Made by a program: the position numbers and the translations under genes. Below the pieces are notes generated by a model. That model was not told where the DNA came from and ran no database searches. It worked only from the letters and a program-made list of their open reading frames with translations. Below are positions 58,564-64,000 of a stretch of 64,000 bases of DNA, piece by piece (position 1 is the stretch's first letter; the number at the start of each line of letters is the position of its first letter). Origin of the DNA: Promethearchaeota archaeon (lineage in GTDB: Archaea > Asgardarchaeota > Lokiarchaeia > Sigyniarchaeales > SOKP01); the NCBI GenBank assembly GCA_019894975.1, contig JAGXNO010000001.1, positions 165,677-229,676 on the forward strand. The letters are read 5' to 3'.

Positions 58564-59661
58564 ATGATTGATAATTTATGGAAAAAAGTAGCAAGAAATA
58601 TTGCTAGCGCTGGAGTCTTTCCAGTCCCAATTAGCGATAGTCTAATAGAACTCTTGCAAGAACTCATAACTGAAGAACAGGCAGAATTTCTATTAATCTT
58701 TAAAAAACCTTCAAAAACTCTTGAGCAGATAAAAGAGCTAACAGATATGGATGAAGGATCTATCCTTAAAATGCTTGACACCCTAATGTATAATGGGATT
58801 ATTATCGGTACAAAAAGTAGAAGTGTTGGAAAGATGGTCTACAAATTAATGGGACCCTTTCCGGGTATATTTGAATACACGAATCTGAGAGGAGAGACTG
58901 ATGAAAGACACGTAAAAATCGCAAAATTGTTCCAGAAGCTAGATTCAGAAAGAAAAAAGTTAGATGAAGCTGGTCTCAAAGCAATTATGAGCGTATTCAA
59001 AAATTTACCTCCTACAGATAGAACAATACCAGTAGAAAACCAAGTAGAAGTTGGAACTGAAACTGTAATGCCTTATGAAGATGTTAGAAAGTATGTTGAA
59101 GAATATGATGACATCGCTGTAGCACATTGTTACTGCCGTCACCATAAAGATCTTATAGATGATCCTTGTAAATTAGGCGCTTCGAAGAATAATTGCTTCC
59201 TTTTTGACAAAAGTGCTGTATTTGCTATTGAAAAAGAATTTGGAAATCGTATTTCTAAAGAAGAAGCTATGAAAATCTTCAGAGAAGCAGAAGATCAAGG
59301 ATTAGTTCATAAAGTCTTCCATGTTCGTTCCGATGTAAATAGAGGGATTGAAGCGATTTGTAATTGTTGTAAGTGTTGTTGTGGAATAATAGGAATGTAT
59401 AGAGGGGGAATTTCACCCTTACACACCATGTCTTCTTACCTTGCTGAAGTAGATGAAGAATTATGCGTGGGATGTGGTACGTGCCTTGAAATGTGCCCGA
59501 TGGAAACAATATATGCTGACAATAATAAAGCTATTGTCAACCCAGAAAAGTGTTTTGGATGTGGAGTATGTGCTCACCATTGTCCTGAAGAAGCAATACA
59601 TCTTAAAAGAACAGGTCCAAGAGATGTGTTGATACCCCCATCAATCACCCCCTCAGATTAA
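58564..59661 (+). CDS. 4Fe-4S binding protein (C-terminal 2x[4Fe-4S] ferredoxin domain plus extra Cys clusters)
   Basis: HCYCR, C...NC, ICNCCKCCC, CVGCGTCLEMCP, CFGCGVCAHHCP. Likely start MIDNLW. Confidence 0.88.
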   Translation: MIDNLWKKVARNIASAGVFPVPISDSLIELLQELITEEQAEFLLIFKKPSKTLEQIKELTDMDEGSILKMLDTLMYNGIIIGTKSRSVGKMVYKLMGPFPGIFEYTNLRGETDERHVKIAKLFQKLDSERKKLDEAGLKAIMSVFKNLPPTDRTIPVENQVEVGTETVMPYEDVRKYVEEYDDIAVAHCYCRHHKDLIDDPCKLGASKNNCFLFDKSAVFAIEKEFGNRISKEEAMKIFREAEDQGLVHKVFHVRSDVNRGIEAICNCCKCCCGIIGMYRGGISPLHTMSSYLAEVDEELCVGCGTCLEMCPMETIYADNNKAIVNPEKCFGCGVCAHHCPEEAIHLKRTGPRDVLIPPSITPSD

Positions 59662-59771
59662 CAAATCATCTCACTTCATTTATTTTATACGGAATAATCT
59701 TTTTATTTCAATTTACTTTAATTCCTTTAATTATTCAATTTAAATTGAATTACAATCAAAAAGGAATTAAT

Positions 59772-60599
59772 ATGAGCGAAAAAAATTATGTTTTAGTTGA
59801 GGAAAATGAAGACCAAACAATAACTACTATAAAGTTAAATCGTCTAGAAAAGAGAAATGCTTTAAATTGGGACGTTTTAAATGGTTTAGAAAAAGCAATA
59901 GAAGATGCAGAACGGTCGAAGACCCGAGTTATTGTTATCACTGGCGCTGCAGATTATTTTAGTGCAGGAATTGATTTAAATACTCTCGCAGGTCAAGATA
60001 GCTCTGGAGGGGAAAGAGGTCCTGATTTGAATACACCCCCACATTTCAGATATTTCTTAAATACAAGATTTCATCCTTTAATAGTAAAAATTAGTAAAAT
60101 TGAAAAACCAATAATAGCAAGAATTGAAGGATTTTGTTTGGGTTTAGGCTTTGAGTTAGCCCTTGCATGCGATTTCCGATTTTGCCTAGAAAATGCTACA
60201 TTCAGCATGCCTGAGGTAAAGGTAGGGATCATTCCTGATGTTTCTGGGACAACCAACCTTACTCGCCTCTGTGGAATATCACACGCGAAAGATATCACAT
60301 TAACAGGTAGGACTTTTGGTGGCATTGAAGCATTCAGAATGGGTGTTGTAAACGGAGTTGCAAATAGTAGAGAAGAATTAGATGCATTAGTAAAAAAATA
60401 TTCAGACGAATTAATAGAAAGTGCTCCACTAGCAGTTGGTTTAGGAAAGAAGCTAATTAATGATATTTATGGTCAAAATCTTGAATTTGGTTTAGAAATG
60501 GAGGGTCTGGTTAACTCCCAATTATTAACTTCAAAAGATTTTATGACGGGAGTAATGGCTAAAATTCAAAAGAAAAAACCAAAATGGCAAGGAAAATAA
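59772..60599 (+). CDS. enoyl-CoA hydratase/isomerase
   Basis: LNRLEKRNAL, FSAGIDL, GFCLGLGFELALACD, MPEVKVGIIPD. AAGGA RBS before MSEKN. Confidence 0.93.
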   Translation: MSEKNYVLVEENEDQTITTIKLNRLEKRNALNWDVLNGLEKAIEDAERSKTRVIVITGAADYFSAGIDLNTLAGQDSSGGERGPDLNTPPHFRYFLNTRFHPLIVKISKIEKPIIARIEGFCLGLGFELALACDFRFCLENATFSMPEVKVGIIPDVSGTTNLTRLCGISHAKDITLTGRTFGGIEAFRMGVVNGVANSREELDALVKKYSDELIESAPLAVGLGKKLINDIYGQNLEFGLEMEGLVNSQLLTSKDFMTGVMAKIQKKKPKWQGK

Positions 60600-60646
60600 G
60601 TATTATTTAACTATTATTTTTTAAATTTTATTGGAGATCCAGATTT

Positions 60647-61531
60647 TTGGTAGTTCAAATAGATTATCATTGTAATGATGAAATAATTGAATGGAAATGG
60701 TCAAGTGACAGTAAATTAATGACCACTCCTTTCTTTACATCATGTTACTTAGTTGATGGGCTTCTTATCGATTCTGGAGCCCCCGGAGGTGTTAATGACT
60801 TACGGGAGTTTGTGAACTCTTTAAATCCCGATAACATGATTGAAAAATGTTTTATTACTCACGCTCATGAAGATCATGCTGGTGGCGCCAATTTATTAAG
60901 TAGGGAATTTGGGATTCCCATATATGCTGGGGAAAAAGCCATTGAGCTATTGAAATTAGGGAATTCATATCCAGATTATCGTCAAATGGCTTGGGGACCT
61001 AAATTACTACCTGTGGATGCTACAACAACTGAGGAATTAATATTTACTAAATCTAAGAAGTATAAATTTGAGTTTTTTCCTATGAATGGTCATGCTCCAG
61101 AATTGATTGCTCTCATAGAAAGAGAACAACAATGGGCTTTTGTTGCAGATGCAGTACAGCCTAAATACAAGATGATTTTTGGTGGACATAGCGATATTCA
61201 AGAAGATATTTCATTGATCTATCATTCTCTTGGGGAACTGTATGAATTTACAGAGGGAATGGATAATTTGCTAATTTTTTCAGCAGGAAATGGTGTATTT
61301 CATGGTAGAAAAACGCTATTGGAAAGAAGGAATGAAATAAAAGTCCTACATTTAAAGATCCATGAAATGCTTAGAGAACTGCCTACAAATATACTTACTG
61401 AAAAACTAATCGTGAGAAAATTATTAAGAGAAATTCATGGTAAAGAAAGTTTTATTGGACAAATGACTCGAGGAGCTTTGTCTAGGAAGAATTTGATTAG
61501 GTCTTTGCTTAAATGGGCAGTTAAAAATTAA
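60647..61531 (+). CDS. metallo-beta-lactamase fold hydrolase
   Basis: LIDSG, THAHEDHAGG, NGHAPE, FVADA. Confidence 0.88.
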   Translation: MVVQIDYHCNDEIIEWKWSSDSKLMTTPFFTSCYLVDGLLIDSGAPGGVNDLREFVNSLNPDNMIEKCFITHAHEDHAGGANLLSREFGIPIYAGEKAIELLKLGNSYPDYRQMAWGPKLLPVDATTTEELIFTKSKKYKFEFFPMNGHAPELIALIEREQQWAFVADAVQPKYKMIFGGHSDIQEDISLIYHSLGELYEFTEGMDNLLIFSAGNGVFHGRKTLLERRNEIKVLHLKIHEMLRELPTNILTEKLIVRKLLREIHGKESFIGQMTRGALSRKNLIRSLLKWAVKN

Positions 61532-61581
61532 CCAAAGAAGAGATCAAGAAAAATTATAAAGCAAACTTTAGATCTAATTAA

Positions 61582-61737
61582 CTAGCTTATTTTTTTGAAG
61601 CTTTTAATAATCGATTCACGTAATTCTGGATGAACCTGAATTTGTAGTTCCTCCCCTAGCCAAATGCGGTTTAATATTTCATCACGTGAAATCTCTAATC
61701 TTATATCATAAGCAATTTCTTCTGATCTTTCCGACAT
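61582..61737 (-). CDS. small hypothetical protein
   Basis: MSERSEEIAYDIRLEISRDEILNRIWLG..., 51 aa. Confidence 0.35.
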   Translation of the reverse strand: MSERSEEIAYDIRLEISRDEILNRIWLGEELQIQVHPELRESIIKSFKKIS

Positions 61738-61972
61738 TAATTGATTAATGAAATTACTTGTATTTAAATTCATGTTTAATGAAAAATAGGTTCTTAAATT
61801 CATTATTAACACGTTAACAATTAGTAGTTTCCTACATAACTCTTATTTGAATGAAGATTTACAGTAACATCATAAAATTAAAGTTTATTTGTGAACTATA
61901 TAGAACTATATATTCATTTAACTGTTTTCTTAAAAGTTATGTAATCTATATTTACATAGATAATATTTTTAT

Positions 61973-62644
61973 TTGATTTATATGCAAGAAATTGACGAGA
62001 AAGAGCTTAACAAGCTAAGTATAGATAAATTAACGCATCTATTCATGGATGCCATAAATCAGCAAAACATAGTTCTAATTGAAGGTATTGAGTTTCTTGT
62101 ACAGGAAAATTTTGATAATTTTGAAAAAAATTTGCGTTATGTAATAGATACTGATGCAGAAGTCAGAATTAAGAAGAAATTCGAGTCTAAAATATTTAAG
62201 TCAAAACTAATGTTTTCAAAAGCAGATAGATTAAAACTTTTTACCAGAATAAATGAGATTAAGAATATTGGGGAATTCATAGCAAATAAAATGCTCCTTT
62301 ATAGAGTCGTATTCCCTGATGAGAATTTTAAATCGCAAATTCAGGATGTTCTCAAATCTCTCAAATCAATCTCAAATAATTTATCTACTGCTGTTAAATC
62401 TATAGGATCTGATTTAAGCAAAGCTCATGATATATGCGAAGAAGTTAAGGATGAAAGAAGAAGAATGAGAGAGAAAGAATGGCAACTTTTAAATCGATTG
62501 TATAACTACGATATGGATTATTTATCTAGAACTTTCATATATCTTAAAGAATTGGTCGAAGATATCATGATGTTAGCTGACCATATTAAAACCTTCGCTG
62601 AATCTATTCAATTCTTAGCAACAAAATACCTAGTTTATGATTAA
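61973..62644 (+). CDS. DUF47/PhoU-like phosphate transport regulator
   Basis: Two-fold helical bundle pattern ('MFSKADRLKLF', 'LKELVEDIMMLADHI'); directly upstream of a PiT gene. Confidence 0.7.
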   Translation: MIYMQEIDEKELNKLSIDKLTHLFMDAINQQNIVLIEGIEFLVQENFDNFEKNLRYVIDTDAEVRIKKKFESKIFKSKLMFSKADRLKLFTRINEIKNIGEFIANKMLLYRVVFPDENFKSQIQDVLKSLKSISNNLSTAVKSIGSDLSKAHDICEEVKDERRRMREKEWQLLNRLYNYDMDYLSRTFIYLKELVEDIMMLADHIKTFAESIQFLATKYLVYD

Positions 62645-62663
62645 AACTTTATTATGATTTGAT

Positions 62664-63701
62664 ATGGCTGCTGAAACAAATTTAATTCTAATCATATTTC
62701 TAATAGTTATGGCTGTTGCCTTAGCTTTTTCAATCGGTTCGAATGATGAAACTCTAGCCAGCCTCATAGGAGCGGGTGTCCTAAAATTCAAAGTTGCCCT
62801 TATCCTAGGAGGTATCGCTTTAGGAGCGGGGATGATTATCTTTAGTGGAGGTTTTGTCCCTGAGACCGTAGGGAGAAGTCTTTTAGGTGAAGGATTATCA
62901 TCAGAATACACTAATATTATGCTTCTAACAGTTTTAATCAGTAGCATTATATGGTTAGTAGTGGGTAGTTTTGCAGGAATTCCATTAAGTAGCACTCATG
63001 CTTTAATTGGTAGCATTTTCGGGGTAGTTATAGTATATGCCATATTTCAAGGTGGAGTTACTATCGAAAACGCATTTAACTATACAAAGCTAGGAAATGT
63101 TGTGCTAAGCTGGTTTATATCCCCAATATCAGGTTTAGTAATAACATTTCTCCTCTATAAACTAAGTGCAAAATTCTTTTTATCCCGTCTTAAAGGTCTT
63201 AATCAGATTGAAAAATCCGAGAAAAATTTTAAATGGTTACTCTTGGTTTCAGTTATATTTGCTGAGCTATGGGTTGGTGCAAACTCAGGGGAAGCGTTAG
63301 GTATCTTATTAGGTCTTAGGGTAAATGGGTCGATAGACGGTGGACAATACATCACATTTGCAATTTTTTGTGCAATTTTTGCATTCTTAGGTATCTATTT
63401 TGCAGCTCGATATGTTATTCGAAATCTAGCTTCTCATATGATAGACACACGTCCTAGTGAAGGATTTATTATTCAAATGAGTTCTGCTTTTATTTTAATG
63501 ATAGCTACTTTATTGGCACTTCCTATAAGCCATTCACACGTGATCGTGTTTTGTATATTTGGTATGAGTATTGCCCAAAAAAAGGAGGTAGATTATAGAG
63601 GTTTAGGCAAAATGGGGCTCTATTGGGTTCTTACATTTCCAATAGCTGCTTTATTATCAGGATTTTTATATTTTATTTTAAGTTCATTTGGATTATCATG
63701 A
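62664..63701 (+). CDS. inorganic phosphate transporter (PiT family)
   Basis: SIGSND, GIPLSSTHALIGSIFG, SWFISP, VGANS, LPISHSH, WVLTFP. Confidence 0.9.
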   Translation: MAAETNLILIIFLIVMAVALAFSIGSNDETLASLIGAGVLKFKVALILGGIALGAGMIIFSGGFVPETVGRSLLGEGLSSEYTNIMLLTVLISSIIWLVVGSFAGIPLSSTHALIGSIFGVVIVYAIFQGGVTIENAFNYTKLGNVVLSWFISPISGLVITFLLYKLSAKFFLSRLKGLNQIEKSEKNFKWLLLVSVIFAELWVGANSGEALGILLGLRVNGSIDGGQYITFAIFCAIFAFLGIYFAARYVIRNLASHMIDTRPSEGFIIQMSSAFILMIATLLALPISHSHVIVFCIFGMSIAQKKEVDYRGLGKMGLYWVLTFPIAALLSGFLYFILSSFGLS

Positions 63702-63760
63702 TAAAAATTAAAAAGATAAAAGAAATATATAATAATAAGTGAAACAAAATGGTGGTATAA

Positions 63761-64000
63761 ATAGGGTCATTAATCGAATTTTTGAAAAGAAAAACAGCGG
63801 TCAATGCGTTAGAGAAATCCGTCAAACATGCTCAAATTGTTCAAGAATGTGTTAGGCATCTAGATGTTGGTTTACAGACTTTATTGAAAGACAGAGATGT
63901 TGAAAAATCTCATGAACTTTTTCATAAAGTCGATGTTTTAGAAAGAGATGCTGATAATTTAAGAAGGAAAATTCAAAGTGACATTTCAAAAGGAGAATTA
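63761..64000 (+). CDS. DUF47 family protein, runs off window
   Basis: Hand translation IGSLIEFLKRK...KHAQIVQECV...KVDVLERDADNLRRKIQSDISKGEL contains the DUF47 'LE..AD.LRR.I' motif. ATA start after GGTGG and an in-frame TAA. Confidence 0.8.
   Translation, partial: MGSLIEFLKRKTAVNALEKSVKHAQIVQECVRHLDVGLQTLLKDRDVEKSHELFHKVDVLERDADNLRRKIQSDISKGEL

Noticed and set aside
717-62995. Numerous short antisense or alternative-frame ORFs in the track (e.g. 717-929, 10889-15583 + strand, 37826-38821, 62630-62995)
   Set aside because: They are shadows of well-supported genes and carry no motifs of their own.

Overview
AT-rich (roughly 30% GC by eye) archaeal chromosomal window, most consistent with an Asgard archaeon of the Lokiarchaeia type. 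This is an inference from a Rab-like GTPase, a gelsolin-domain protein, expanded acyl-CoA synthetase/enoyl-CoA hydratase/acyl-CoA dehydrogenase genes and N-terminally anchored ABC binding proteins. The window holds a three-gene RFC clamp-loader operon, a gelsolin-domain gene with a frameshifted C-terminal SAP/HeH-like domain, a CdrS-like ribbon-helix-helix regulator and a 1637-aa helical-repeat protein. It also holds a proteasome alpha gene next to the Rab-like GTPase, a PolB2 damage-tolerance cassette (inactive RadA-like protein, small arCOG07300-like protein, PolB2) interrupted by a Zn-ribbon/AEK-repeat gene, a GyrI-like gene, a uvrA remnant, GH20 and GH4 hydrolases, a liv-type ABC operon, a 3331-aa multipass membrane protein with internal duplications and a PiT/DUF47 phosphate locus. 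The most striking unexplained signal is an approximately 285-nt intergenic segment right after polB2 (29332-29617). It folds by hand into a nested multi-junction RNA with three long-range helices and mostly GNRA/UNCG-capped hairpins, and it lacks SRP, RNase P and intron signature motifs, so it is a candidate new large ncRNA. No tRNA, rRNA, CRISPR array or transposase was recognised. All product calls come from motif recognition without database searches.
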